Part shown: in pieces, positions 38,960 through 51,620 of the stretch | How the letters are laid out: each line of letters starts with the position of its first letter | Numbering within the stretch: position 1 is the stretch's first letter | Assembly (NCBI GenBank): GCA_030141605.1 | Contig: JAQGDQ010000157.1 | Coordinates: forward strand, 62,001 to 126,000 | DNA: 64,000 nucleotides | Direction: 5' to 3' | Source of the DNA: Tubiluchus corallicola | Lineage: Eukaryota > Animalia > Priapulida | Notes under the pieces: generated by a model | What the model saw: the letters and a program-made list of their open reading frames with translations, nothing else | Databases searched by the model: none | What the model was told of the DNA's origin: nothing | Program-made: the position numbers and the translations under genes

Positions 38960-40015
38960 CCGTCCTGTTCAAACGGTACTTACATCTAAAGTTAACCATG
39001 ACGACAAACTGTACTTATTTCTTCTGTTAGCCATGATGACAAACTGTACATACTTCTTAAGTTAACCCATACAACAAACTACACTCACTTCTTGAGTTAG
39101 CCATGACGACAAACTGTACTTATTTCTTGAACCAGACATGACGACAAACTGTACTTGCTTCATGAGTTAGCCATGACGGCAAATGGGACCTACATCTTGA
39201 GTTAACATGAGGGCGAACGGTACTTACTTCATGAGTTACCACAATGAAGACAAACGGTACTTACTTCTTGAGTCACCCATGAAGACAAACTGTACTTACT
39301 TCTTGAGTTACCCATGAAGACAAACTGTACTTCTTGAGTTATCCATGAAGACAAATGGTACTTACTTCTTGAGTCACCCATGAAGACAAACGGTACTTAC
39401 TTCTTGAGTCACCCATGAAGACAAACTGTACTTACTTCTTGAGTTACCCATGAAGACAAACGGTACTTACTTCTTGAGTCACCCATGAAGACAAACTGTA
39501 CTTCTTCAGTTATCCATGAAGACAAATGGTACTTACTTCTTGAGTTACCCATGAAGACAAACTGTACTTCTTGAGTTACCCATGAAGACAAATGGTACTT
39601 ACTTCTTGAGTTACCCAAGAAGACAAACTGTACTTCTTGAGTTATCCATGAAGACAAATGGTACTTACTTCTTGAGTTACCCATGAAGACAAACTGTACT
39701 TCTTGAGTTATCCATGAAGACAAATGGTACTTACTTCTTGAGTTACCCATGAAGACAAACTGTACTTCTTGAGTTATCCATGAAGACGAACAGTACTTAC
39801 TTCTTGAGTTAACCATGACAACAAACTGTACTTACTTCTTGAGTTAGCATGACTTCAAATTGTACTTATTTTTGGAGTTAATCATGATGACAGACTATAC
39901 TTACTTCTGACTTCTTGAGCTAGCACGAGAATAAACTGTACTTACTTCTGGAGTTAGCCGTGAAAGTAAACCTTACTAACTTCTGGAGTAAGCCATGACA
40001 GTAAACCATACTTAC
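38960..40015 (-). repeat. 35/31-bp minisatellite (~30 units) derived from the exon 6 end plus its splice donor
   Basis: Minus-strand unit GTAAGTACAGTTTGTCTTCATGGGTAACTCAAGAA. The 31-bp variants lack 4 nt. Confidence 0.95.
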
Positions 40016-40137
40016 TTCTGGAGTAAGCCGTGATGGTAAACCAAACTTGCTCCATTCTGTCTCCCACTCCTGCTCAACAGCTAGTTCCAATGCATGACTT
40101 TCAAACACGGATGGTTCAAGTCGCTCATTGCAAGCAT
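40016..40137 (-). CDS. CCDC22: CCDC22 exon 6
   Basis: (D)ACNERLEPSVFESHALELAVEQEWETEWSKFGLPSRLTPE, flanked by tag and gtaagt; phase 1 to 0. Confidence 0.88.
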
Positions 40138-41147
40138 CTATAAAATCAAAATTAATAATAACAACTATTGCACAGAAAACTGAGATTAGCTAAAAGTTCG
40201 TTATAAGAAAAATTGTTATTGTTGCTAAAAAGTACACAAAACGATTCGTACTAGTAACTCAAAGATTGACTAATTCTGTTTAACTCCAGAAAATGAATTT
40301 ATAATCAGTGCAGCAGTACACCATAAATGGTGCCTTTTTAATTTCAATAAAAAAGAAAAATTCCCTTAAGGCAGTGGCATAGTGGCAATGGCCCAGAACA
40401 CATTTTTCAAAATTGGCACCTTTTCAACAATGGAGTCATTACTTTCTTTGACCAACCTGCCTCCCGTGTCTTTGAAATGAGCGTACATTTACACAAGTCG
40501 TTTGTCACGGTTCACTGATTGAACCAAGGATCAAATTGTCCCGAATCTAATTATTGTAATATATTTTTGTCACACGACTATCTAGACACTATTGTCTAGC
40601 AGTAGGTCTACTGATAATTATATATTGCAAAGGCAAGTTTCAGTGTCTTTTTGTCTTATTATGAGGGTGTTCTATCATGTCTGTTGTTAAGATTATTTAG
40701 AAAAACAATCATAGTATTATAGATTTTTTCTGGTAAGGAATATCATGGAGAAAAACTTTTTATTGCGTTTTAATTTGAAATACAAATTAACAATTATGTA
40801 CTTGCTTTTAAAACTGCATCTTTCTTGTGTTTTGATTTTAAACACAGAATCAAAATGTATAATCAATACGTTAAAAATGGTTTGGTATGTGTTATGGCGT
40901 ATTTTTTATGTGCTTGCTCCCCCTAATTTTAGAACATGGCTACGCCCCTCTTTTAAGGTTTACATATTGAGTAGTTGCGCGACAAAAGAAGTTATAACAA
41001 TAGCATGCCAGGAACCAAGACTAGAATTCAGAAAATAAGACTGTTCCATTAAGTACAAAGATTTAGATACTTCGTTAGGAACATGATGAGTTTTGGCAAA
41101 ACGATTAGACGTGCTAAACTGCGTTTTGTGACATTGTAAGCTTATAC

Positions 41148-41220
41148 CTTTTAACAAATCTATTACTCCACTTGGAACGTTAACAGGTACAGTTCTGAAT
41201 GCACGCACTTCGGCTTTACC
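41148..41220 (-). CDS. CCDC22: CCDC22 exon 5
   Basis: GKAEVRAFRTVPVNVPSGVIDLLK(D), flanked by tag and gtataa. The phases fit both neighbouring exons. Confidence 0.78.
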
Positions 41221-42127
41221 CTAAACATTGAAAAGTAGAAAAAGTTTATATTTAATAGGTTCCAATTGCAACATTTGACATGAATACCAGTGGCTAAATG
41301 AGTACATAATTGTACATGATTGAGCACACGAGTATAAGTTTAGCCAGTCAAAACATAGCAATGAAATTAAAATGTGATAAATCACAATATCTGTGCTTGC
41401 ATAGCAAAATCGTCAATAAGTTAGCAACTAAGCTTTTCTAGTTATTCACTTTTCTAGTTATCCTGAATCTCCATTTCATGAGGATCATTTTGATACCAAG
41501 CTCATCGCTCTACATTATTTCTAAGCTTGAAGTTGAGGTGCATGCTGCACACTGTAAAACATAACCGTGAGAAAATCCCAGTTAAAATTTGCTGTTGTTT
41601 TATTTTGCATGTCTACAAAACACTTAGTAACCGTATGAAACTTTGGTTGCTATGGACTTTGCCAGAGCACACTGAAGTTATTTAAATCCAGTAGATTGCT
41701 CTTCCAGATGAAGACCGGGGCTTGACAATAGAAAAAAACAGCAAGCAAAACGACTGCGACGACAAGCTACTATCGGAGTTTGAAAATACTGAGTTTTTCG
41801 CACTTGCAATACCAGTTTTTAGACAAAGAAGTGGGCAACGGGTTATAAAATTAAGTTTTTAGTATTTTTGAACATTTTCCTGATGACATGATGTTAGAAT
41901 ATAAATGTAAAATATATTTACGGATGGTTTTGGTTTGCAAGCATACATACATGTAACATTTTAAGAAAAATGACAACTAATTTCGTGACTAGTAAGTTAA
42001 TGGGTTTAAGATGTTAAAAAACTCTGACCCTGCCAAGATTCGAATGCATGCTTTGAGATGAGAATCACATTCTCCGGCCATATGAGTATAGCAGACCGTT
42101 TTAGTTCTTATTAAAATATCTGCTTAC

Positions 42128-42261
42128 CTTGCCACGCCATCTGTTTTGTTGATAATCTCTCCACCATAGCCCACGAGCTGAGCGCAGTGGTGGTAACCAC
42201 GGCGACTGTAGCAGTCTGGTCATCTCACGTGTTATTGTCCTTTGTAGCAAAACTGACGCAC
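42128..42261 (-). CDS. CCDC22: CCDC22 exon 4
   Basis: (G)ASVLLQRTITREMTRLLQSPWLPPLRSARGLWWRDYQQNRWRGK, flanked by aag and gtaagc. Confidence 0.88.
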
Positions 42262-43774
42262 CTTAACAGAAATGTAAAAATGACACACTCAAGAAAGCGC
42301 TTTGTTAACAATACAGAACTTTTAGGATCTCTCAGAAATGCAGACAGCAGCTAATAGCAATTCAATAAAATTAATTATATCTTTATTTTTATTAAAATAG
42401 GAATTAACCACATAATTGAATGTCTATTTATACCAATATCATAAATCAACCAAAAACGTGAAACATTGTGCATGTGTTACTGTTTAAACCAACAAGAAAG
42501 TGCTTTACTTACATAAAGTTAAAAAAATTGTCTTGAAATTTTATATCACCTACTTACCGCCTTATTGTGCACAGAGATTGTATTAGCAGCCACACTGTAT
42601 AAAATTCTAAATTTAAACTCCTCTGACGGCTATTAGACACAGGTATTTTGACTGTAGATCACAAGAAACAAGTTTAGATGAAGTTTGAAAAAAATCATAA
42701 GGATAATTTAAAAAGCATTCGTAGTGCACACTTTACTAACCAAAGTATAATTAATGTCTCTGGTCTCACTTCTATGAAATAAAGCAGCAATTTCAAAAAA
42801 GAATGCTGCTGATCATGACTATAAGGCTTGATTCTGCACCTGCAGAAATTAGTAACATTTCACTCTGTTCTAATAAATTTAATTTCACGCTTGTTAATAC
42901 CATTTTTTCCTGATATAGTTATTATAATTATACAGTAATTTGCTGCAACATAAAATAATTTTCGGTTTTGGGCAATTTGGCGAAAAATATAATAATATGG
43001 TGGAAAATACGTTAATTTGGTGGGAAATATGATAATTTTTAACCCCCAATAAAATCATCAGCATAGTATAAAATGGTAACCCTGGTTAAACATCAAGGTA
43101 ATGGTAAAGCTGGAGCTGCAGTTACAGGGACGTAGAAAGGTGGGGGTGATGGGGGCAATAGCACCCGGGTGCAAGGATGAGAAGGCACACAATTCTTCTA
43201 GAGCTCAATGACTGTTAATTATTAATTACAGATCAGACATTAACAAAAGTTTTCAAACTACAACAAAATTGCCTAGTCAAAGATTATCGTAGCTGACTTA
43301 ATTACTGCATGCAGCCTAGAAAAGAGGCTAATGTTGTTGCTTAACGTTATGTGTAGGGTGTTGCAAGGCTTAGCAGATCGATAATTTTGGGAGAAACAGT
43401 GGCGTTTCTCTAAATGCAGATTTTATTATTGTGAAAATCTGTAGTGTTCTGTATCTTTCATGATCTTTGCATGTTTTAATGCTGGAGCTGAAAGTTGAAT
43501 GACTGTCATCTGGAGCTGAAAGTTTAATGACTGTCGTATTATGAGCAACTTATGCATAGAAAAGAGTTACTCTGGTGCAGTACCACAAATCAAACTCAGG
43601 GTGATTCTCAGAAAAAATTCGATTATCTTTAATCCCATCATGTCGAAAAGGAATGTCTGGCTCATGGACATGCAAAAATGCACACAATTTGTAGTTTCGC
43701 CCATGAAACAAGTGATTACTAATCTCGAATCTACCTCCCTTCTGAAGCGCTGTAATAAAACACGACAAGCTAAC

Positions 43775-43907
43775 CTGCAGGTGCATCGGACATGTCAGCA
43801 GCTTCCTTGGGCAACTTTTCGATTAGAAACATGAGCAGCTTACGTACATCTGACTCGTTACTGTAGAGGAATGTCTGGTAGCCAACGTCACCTTTGTAAC
43901 CTAATTC
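43775..43907 (-). CDS. CCDC22: CCDC22 exon 3
   Basis: ELGYKGDVGYQTFLYSNESDVRKLLMFLIEKLPKEAADMSDAPA(G), part of the CH-like domain, flanked by cag and gttagc. Confidence 0.95.
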
Positions 43908-44053
43908 CTGTATTCAAATAAAGCTATACATATATATTACACATGTATTGTTGCTCTTTTTAAGGCTCAACACTATGGCAATTAACCTCCCTTGCTATTG
44001 CCTTGCAATGAATACTTTAGAAACAGCCAGGAATATTGCTATAAGTAAGCTAC

Positions 44054-44620
44054 TTAACTCCTTCAGGACCCTGCATGAATGCGTTTCCTGCATTTTGATG
44101 GTTCCAGGGTACATGAGAAATTGCTCTCACTAAACAGCGATTACATTATATTTGACAACTTTGTAGGTTTCTTCTCCTCACACGATAGGCTTTCATGCAA
44201 AGTTATACATGAAATGTATTTGCTTACTTTAATCAAATTAAAAATCAATTTGTAATGAAAAAATTGAAAACCGCTTTCGGTAACTGCAGTGTTTGCACTA
44301 TAGCAATGTACAGTGCGAAATGGGTTAATGCAGAAAATTTCAATTACCCAGACACAACACTCTGATATAGTTTGGCCTCAAGTCTATTCTATTTTTAAGG
44401 AGAAATTCCTGCCGAAAGGTGCCGAAAGGTGAAATGACCTTAATTTCTCCTTGGCTGATCGGTTGGCCTTTCCTGGTACTCTGTACAGCAGACAGTTCTT
44501 TTCAGCTGTAGCAAGAAGACGATCATTAAATTAGTGTGTATGATCACTCAAGTGTACACCAGACTAAGCTGCTTGATAGGCTAAGTTGGAGTGCCTGAAA
44601 AGGATATGTTTTTCTTAATT
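44054..44620 (+). mobile_element. piggyBac-like MITE (family P), 3'-truncated
   Basis: Starts TTAA|CTCCTTCAGGA and is colinear with the copy at 34453. Confidence 0.8.
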
Positions 44621-44826
44621 GGTTTTCCCCTCACTAATGTATATGGAAACTACACATCCAGTTAATTATTATTAATAATTGTTTGTACGTGGCTGGGGGT
44701 CGATGAGATGGGGGCAGATACTCGCGACATGCTATTGCATTCTCAGCAGTTATGCTGCAATAAAAGCTGAGCAGTAATTATTACAAATAAACAAATAACA
44801 AAAATGAGAAAGTACACTTCTCCTAC

Positions 44827-44998
44827 CATGCATGACTCTGCCAGGGTAGTACCGAGTCGATACCGAGCCGACATACCAGGCGGTAGACGCGTAGACACCG
44901 TCAAAGCCGGGTTTATCAGTCTTAGACATTTTGCAGCGGCTTCGATAACTAATTCAGTTGTAAAATCCTTTAGAGACTGAACATCTTCTTCTACATCA
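44827..44998 (-). CDS. CCDC22: CCDC22 exon 2
   Basis: DVEEDVQSLKDFTTELVIEAAAKCLRLINPALTVSTRLPPGMSARYRLGTTLAESCM, flanked by cag and gtagga. Confidence 0.95.
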
Positions 44999-46641
44999 CT
45001 GGAAACAAATGAAAGCTTTACTATATATAATGATCTACTTCAGCAAGCAAAGCTTTATAGTACACATCAAATTTTAGCAGGTAAGTCTGATTTAACGGTT
45101 TGAGTTAAATACTTAAGGAATGACAGCCTAGCGCATGTATAATTTGCTAGGAAATACATTTGTATATGGATGGCCTCAGGAACACTAATGAATAGTAGCG
45201 GCTCGCAGCTAAAATTAGTTGAGTGCTGCTTCAGAAAATTTTTAGCCATTGTTTTAGTACTGTCTAAAACGAAACAAACATATGTAATTTTAATGTTATA
45301 ATTTGTATTTGTAATTTTAAACAAACAAACATATGAAAGTTTATACATAAACTTGATAAATACTAAACAAAAAAATATTTTTTGCTTACTAATAGCCTAA
45401 ATTGTCGCAGTTCAAACTTAATCCATTCACGGTAAGCACGTGAGAACTTACAACAAATTACCACGACAAATGACAACAAACTGTGTGAGCAACAGTATTT
45501 TTTCTGTCTGGGCTCAGACGTGTGCATAACAGCCAAATACTGCATTGCTGGAGCGCACTGTGCAGGGCTGTGAAGCAAACAGAACTACCCTCACGTGCTC
45601 TGGTTCCGTACAAGTATAAAGAAAGAGCTAAAGAAGAAATACTTATTATATTGAATATTATTGAATAACATTGAGTAAAAATAGGGTGCAGCAGTTCCAC
45701 AGCACCTATACACAAGCCGCCACTGCTAATGAATTCGAATACACTTAACATTGCTCTCACACTTATGCACGCATAGATTCACTAAACTCTTATCTGTACA
45801 ATGCTCAAATATCTCTATTCTTTAGTGGTTAAGGACCTTCTACAGATGAACATATTTGGTTTGCTAAATTTTAATGGCACTAATGGAAAATCATTGTTGC
45901 GACCACTAATGTAGCATTATAACAATTATTATGCACACAGCTCTGCAGAAAACAACTGGTCAGTAACACAACAAACAACAGTCTTGTCCTCGTTCACAGT
46001 ATCCACCCATTTTGACATTTTTCCATTGTGTATTTTGCTTGTCTCCAATTTTGATAGAAAGACATTGCGCCAATTGTCTATTTTGCCATTGTACACCATG
46101 TCAACATTTCGCCAAAGGTACTATTTTGTCAGAAGTTGAAATTGAAAGTTATAGAACTTTTAAACACACAAAACAACTCATCAAAATTGTTGATTATCTT
46201 GTATATTTTGAAGTGCACATTTATAATCAAATGCTCACTACATGCTTCTAGTTCTAGTAAATGAGTTTGCATTCAAACAAGTGTCATTTTATTTATGCTG
46301 TAAAACTGGTATAACTTTCTAGAATTTAGTTTTTTGTGTTTCTTTCTCAAATGAACTGTAAGTAACTGTATGTATCTAACTCTGGTGTTTAATTCTTTTA
46401 GGCCCTAACGATGGTTCTTTAGGACTGAAACAGATTGGCAGTCTCAATAAAAATTGCACTATTTGCCAAATACAGAAAACAATAAGAAAAACGTCTGAAA
46501 TTATGCAAACTTTATGTTGAAACAAAGTAAGCTATCACTTAATACGATTTTCTAAATTTTATAGCTGTATGAATTCAATGGAGATCGATTTCGATTCACG
46601 GGCATTTGCGAAAAGTGGGGATAACACGCTTCCGCACCTAC

Positions 46642-46691
46642 CAGCCAATTTGCCGAAGGGAATGGATAATAATGTTATCCACTTCGTCCAT
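46642..46691 (-). CDS. CCDC22: CCDC22 exon 1 (start codon)
   Basis: MDEVDNIIIHSLRQIG(C), the typical CCDC22 N-terminus. Donor gtaggt in phase 2 matches exon 2. The 16 exons sum to 1830 nt (609 aa plus stop). Confidence 0.95.
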
Positions 46692-47463
46692 ATTACAGAG
46701 CCACTATACAGTGTTTTACACAAAAAATCACAAAAACTTGGTGCTAAACCTCCCTCCTTTTCTGCAAGTGCAACAGCAGCAGCAACTTAACACTTCTGTT
46801 GCATAGAAAGAACAGCAATAGCGGCGAGGTCCTGGCTCCCTCTATGTATAATATTACGAACTTGAGTTGCTCAGAGATCAAATAATGCCATAGATAGAAC
46901 ATCATAGAATTCTATAAAATCTACACGGCCTCACTGCCTATGGCCATTGGCCAGTCTCTGTAGTCTTTAATTTCTTTACTCTTTAGACGACGTTATAGTG
47001 CAGGACTGCTACACTACATACGCAGTAAGCAGAATTTACTTTTATATTTATAAGCTGTTAAAATGTCTGCTAAATCACGTCCACTTTTATTAATAATTAT
47101 CTGTGGTTAACTGCCTGTAATGTGCATGCAGACATATTGCTTTTTCTGCTGGTAAAAAAATGTAAAAGTTGTTTAAAGTGGCAAAAAATTAATTTGTAAA
47201 TAATTATTAATGAAGACATTTTGACAAAGTGTCTCATTTTCAAGAGGTCGTTTGTAATTGATGTTGTTCACAAATGGACACAATAAAATTATAATAATTA
47301 TTTGTTTTTTCAATGATTTATCGTCCATGATTTATTTCACATTAATATGATCCTTGTGACGAATATCTCACACCAAAATTATGCTGAAAGTTTGTGACTC
47401 CGTGTAAAGGAATACAATAGACGCGACACAGCTAATTTATAATGACAATGACTTTAGTTAGAT

Positions 47464-48092
47464 CAGTGGTTCTTAACTTGGGGCACTAATACCCTTTGGG
47501 GGTACGAAACAGCTAAGCCAGGGGTACGCGAAAGTTGTGTTTTGTAATACGTCAGAATGCTTTTTTTTGCTATATAGCGTACACGTATGTAGCACGAATT
47601 TTACTGGAGCAACGGCCTTGTGATGTGAGGAAAGAGGGTGCTACAAGACTTAAATCCATGAACATCATGATTGTTTGTATTTTAACAAGTCATTGTTTTT
47701 GCAAGACAATAGCGTTTTTCAGGTAATTCATTGCGTACTACCTGACGTTGTAACAAGGTTAATTTATTGTGTAAAATAGATGTTTGGCACAGTAAATGCG
47801 TTGGCGGATGACAGTAGGCGTGGTAAGCAGTTTTTGGAAAAGCCCGTGTCAACGAGGCGGCACTTGAGGGCTTGAGGCTACTTCACAAACGTTCGACTGC
47901 AAGTTCGTCTTCTGTTTGACATCCGATCATCATTTTTCTTGCATTTTATTTTTGAATTTGGTGTTTTGTTTATTGGTTTTGCTTGTATAATTAAGTCACG
48001 CTTGTATAGTTAAATCATAGCAGTAAAAATGTTTTCTTGAAACTGATATTGCTAAAAAATGTTACTTGGCTAGTAAAGGTTAGGAACTACTG
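47464..48092. mobile_element. hAT (Charlie-like) MITE between the CCDC22 and Josephin 5' ends
   Basis: TIRs CAGTGGTTCTTAACTT / AAGGTTAGGAACTACTG. TSD agttagat / agttaaac. Confidence 0.75.
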
Positions 48093-48276
48093 AGTTAAAC
48101 GTGGGCAGTTAAACGTCAGGTCTCATGAAAAAGCATGATAATGTCGTTAAAGGGAAAAAACTTTAAACCAGTTACTTTCTTACTAGTTGTTTCTACTTTC
48201 TGTTCCAAAAGTCATGAACTGCTTGCCAACAAAAGCTTATAATAATATATACAATGCTTTTCACAACCACAAAAGG

Positions 48277-48399
48277 CAGCGCCATCTAGTAATCATTCAC
48301 TTAGTTACATGGCTTCATCACATACCTGCCTGTCTGCCGCTCAATGCGCCGTACAAACGTTTACGACACCCAATAGGGTCGCATTTCTGCGTGACGTCA
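48277..48399. promoter_or_regulatory. Putative Josephin promoter with a CTCF-like motif, CCAAT box and CRE
   Basis: Minus-strand ACTAGATGGCGCTG (48277-48290), CCAAT (48370-48374) and TGACGTCA (48392-48399). A candidate non-coding exon donor CG|gtaagt lies at 48681. Confidence 0.45.
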
Positions 48400-49567
48400 T
48401 TATTCTATTAACTACAAAGAGTTTAGCAGTCGACTGATGCTTCAGTGGCTTCTAGAGGTAGCAAATTAATCAGTTGGCATAGCGCGAACATTGCCTTAGA
48501 AAAATAGTCAGATGACAGAATCGGTGTTGTAGTAGTATGGGATTATAGCTTGATTTTTACCAGGGCAGTATAATCATTTTTCTGTTCTGCAGTAACTGTG
48601 CATAGATACAGTGCTGACTGGAACTTCAACATGTTGTTCGAGTATATTGTGTTGTAAACGTTCATATTAACCGGTAAACGGTAAGTTTTAACACTATTTC
48701 AGCTATCGCGTGCCGCACCACGATACTGAGATAATAGTAAACTTTGTATAACTAGTTCGCGCGACTGTCTTTTAGCTTAGTGTACTTATGTTATTTAAGC
48801 AACTATATGACTGCTCTGCTAGTAGTGTGTTTGGACCTTGGCATAGCATATTCTGACTTATTATTACGTAAAGCTGCTTATTCTATCACTAGTTGGGTTT
48901 CCAGCAATGCTCATGGGAATATTAATGTAAAAGTGACCATTTATTTTACTCAAAATTACAATTGTAATAAGTTATTAAATTTTGTAAATTTCACTTAAAT
49001 AGTAATTACGTTATTGTAATGTTTGTTCATGTAGTAGTATTCCGTTTGTTGTATTGCTATTGTATTGTATTGTATTATATTATATTGTATTGTATTGCAT
49101 TATATTGTATTGCATTGCATTGTATACTAACTGTTGTTGTAAGAGTAATGATTGCATTGAAAACTTTACTTTTTTACGTCAACATCATTAACCGATTAAT
49201 GTTAGTACATTGTCATTTACATACGTGAAGAAATGTGCAGTCAATAAAATCCATACAAAAGCGGGAAATTTAACATAATAATTAAAAATTAATGAGATGA
49301 CCATTGTCCAATTGATCACCGAGAGTGAGCAGAGACAGTAGAAAGACTAAAGCATGAATATAGCTAGAGAAAAGTAGAAATTCTCGTGACAAATTTGCTC
49401 TTTATTGTAGTTAACTGATGACCTTTTTCTTGAAGTGTGAGACTGTAGTTAATGCGTAAATATTTTTTGGTGATGATATCCATAGATGAAAGGCTCGAGG
49501 GAAAACTAGATTTTTAGAGATAGAAACAATAGAAGGAAGGAGTTTACAATTCCCACACAATTTAAAT

Positions 49568-49652
49568 ACCCTAACCCAACACTAACAGTATCCATAACCC
49601 TATCCTAAGGCTTAACCCTAACCCACGCTAACCCCAAGCCTAACCCTAATCC
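49568..49652. repeat. Degenerate (CCCTAA)n telomere-like tract
   Basis: ccctaacccaacactaac...ttaaccctaacccacgctaaccccaagcctaaccctaatcc. Confidence 0.6.
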
Positions 49653-50049
49653 AAGTCCGCTTCACGAACCAATTTCTTGTATGTGGGGAATTTTAAACTT
49701 GAGGCCAGCGGAGTAGTGTTTACACAGAGCTTGGGCCTACCCTAGTGCAGTAAGCTCTAACTGCCACTGTTCTGTGTTATTCAATCAACTGAGGTCTCGG
49801 CAATAATTGCCAATCACAGACTTTCTGATTGCTTCCGTTGGGTCGTTTATATTATGATATCATGTTGTGCATGTGCATATAGGTCAAGCTTGCATAGACT
49901 ACATAAAAAGCGAAGATTGAGTAACAATATTGAACAGAATGGGCGAAAATGTAGCAGGACGAGAAAAAGATACAAAGATAGGCAGAAATAAAGAAGCTGA
50001 AAGGAAGGAAAGAAAGCAAGAACGATTGAAAAAGAAGAATGAGAAGAGG

Positions 50050-50166
<117 letters not shown>

Positions 50167-51196
50167 GAGAAAGAATGAAGGAAGGAAGGAATGGAGGGAA
50201 AGAGCAAGTTAGGAGAGAAGGAACATGCGAATGAATAAGCAATGAACAAACAAATAAATGGATTTATTAAACAAATAATGAATGAATAGATTTAAAAAAT
50301 GAGTATTCCGCAAAAAGAAGCAAAAATAAATTACGTGACTGAACAAGCAACAAAATGACTTAAATATGTGTAATTGGCCCAAATGTTTTTGTGTGATGTT
50401 AGCATTGCGGTTATACAATGTCGTTATGTGGAACATGTCGTTATAGCTGTTGCTGATGTTGCTGCTGTTATTGCAGCTGTTGCCGATACTCTTACTACTA
50501 TTACTGCTTTTGCAATTGCTGGTGTTGCAACAAATAGTACGACTACTACCACTGCTGTTTCTGCCGTTGCTGTTCTGGCTTATTACTGTTGCTGCTGTTC
50601 CATGTTCAGGTATCATGCAAGGTCAGGCACTATGCAACAATTCGTTTTTCAATGCTTAAAAACGCTCTATGCTTTTTAAAGTTAAAAGCAGGCCTACATC
50701 ATCACTACAAGGAGAATCATGATGGGTTATAAATGCTGTGTTGTTGTGTTGGGTTACAAGCTTTTACAGCATTAGATTGTTATACGCCTGTATACGTGCT
50801 GAACAAAATCAATAGACGCGTTTTGCCCAATTTAATGTTGTTTAACAGCTTTAGTTCATGTGTAGAAGGATTGTTTTCAGTTAACCTATTAATGTCAAAC
50901 ATGGAGTCCATTGATATGCAAAGCCTCCCTTGGCGATAATAGTAGGGTTGATCATCCTAGGGATTGTTAGACATATGGAGAAACAATGGGCGTAAGTTAT
51001 CATAACGATTGTTGGTAGGCCTTCGAAGAAACAGTTGGCCTAGGTCATCCTAACGAATGTCAGGCCTCCGAACAAATAATGGGTCTAGATCGAATATTTA
51101 TAATCCTCGTGTAAAGATTATTATTAATGATGATACAAACCCACAATTAATTAAATATTTCTACCAAACTCGAAAGACAGGAAATGTGAAAAGTTG

Positions 51197-51270
51197 GAAC
51201 ACAGCCTGGATTTGAACCAGGGACCTTTGGCGTAAAAATGCCGACGTTATGACCACTAGGCAACCGTGTT
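51197..51270 (-). pseudogene. tRNA-like sequence (tRNA pseudogene or tRNA-derived repeat head)
   Basis: 7-bp acceptor stem AACACGG/CTGTGTT, A box TGCCTAGTGG, perfect T arm CCTGG-TTCAAAT-CCAGG and a downstream TTTT. The D stem is unpaired and the anticodon loop is 8 nt. Confidence 0.65.
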
Positions 51271-51620
51271 TTCCGGGTGACTGTGTGTTCATTCCTTATA
51301 AGCTGGTCAGCATTTCCAGTGTTAAATTTCTCACAATAGAGTCATTACAGCTTCGTTGCGTATTTGCTTAGCAAGTTTTATATTTAACTCAAATAACACA
51401 AAAATTTTGTGCTAGCAATTTATCAGAGTCGTAACGAATTGGTCCCTGTTCTAAAATTTAAACTCATTCATGTGTCTGGGTGGACTATTTGCAGAAAAAA
51501 ATGAAGGACAGAAACAAGATGTCTAGGTACCATTAATAATCAACCGTCAAAAATCAACTTGCCTAATTTAGTACGCAGTTCTTTCTGCCTAAATACGCAG
51601 TAATATTGCATCATGCAGGC

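Noticed and set aside
39409-39816. 135-aa repetitive ORF (SRSKYHLSSWITQEVQFVFMGN)n
   Set aside because: By-product of the 66-bp repeat period inside a CCDC22 intron, and cut off from exon 6 by an in-frame stop.
49568-49652. Chromosome fusion scar or true interstitial telomere
   Set aside because: Short, degenerate and in one orientation only. Such tracts are common inside invertebrate repeats.
51197-51270. Functional tRNA gene
   Set aside because: The D stem is unpaired, the anticodon stem is mismatched and the anticodon loop is 8 nt.
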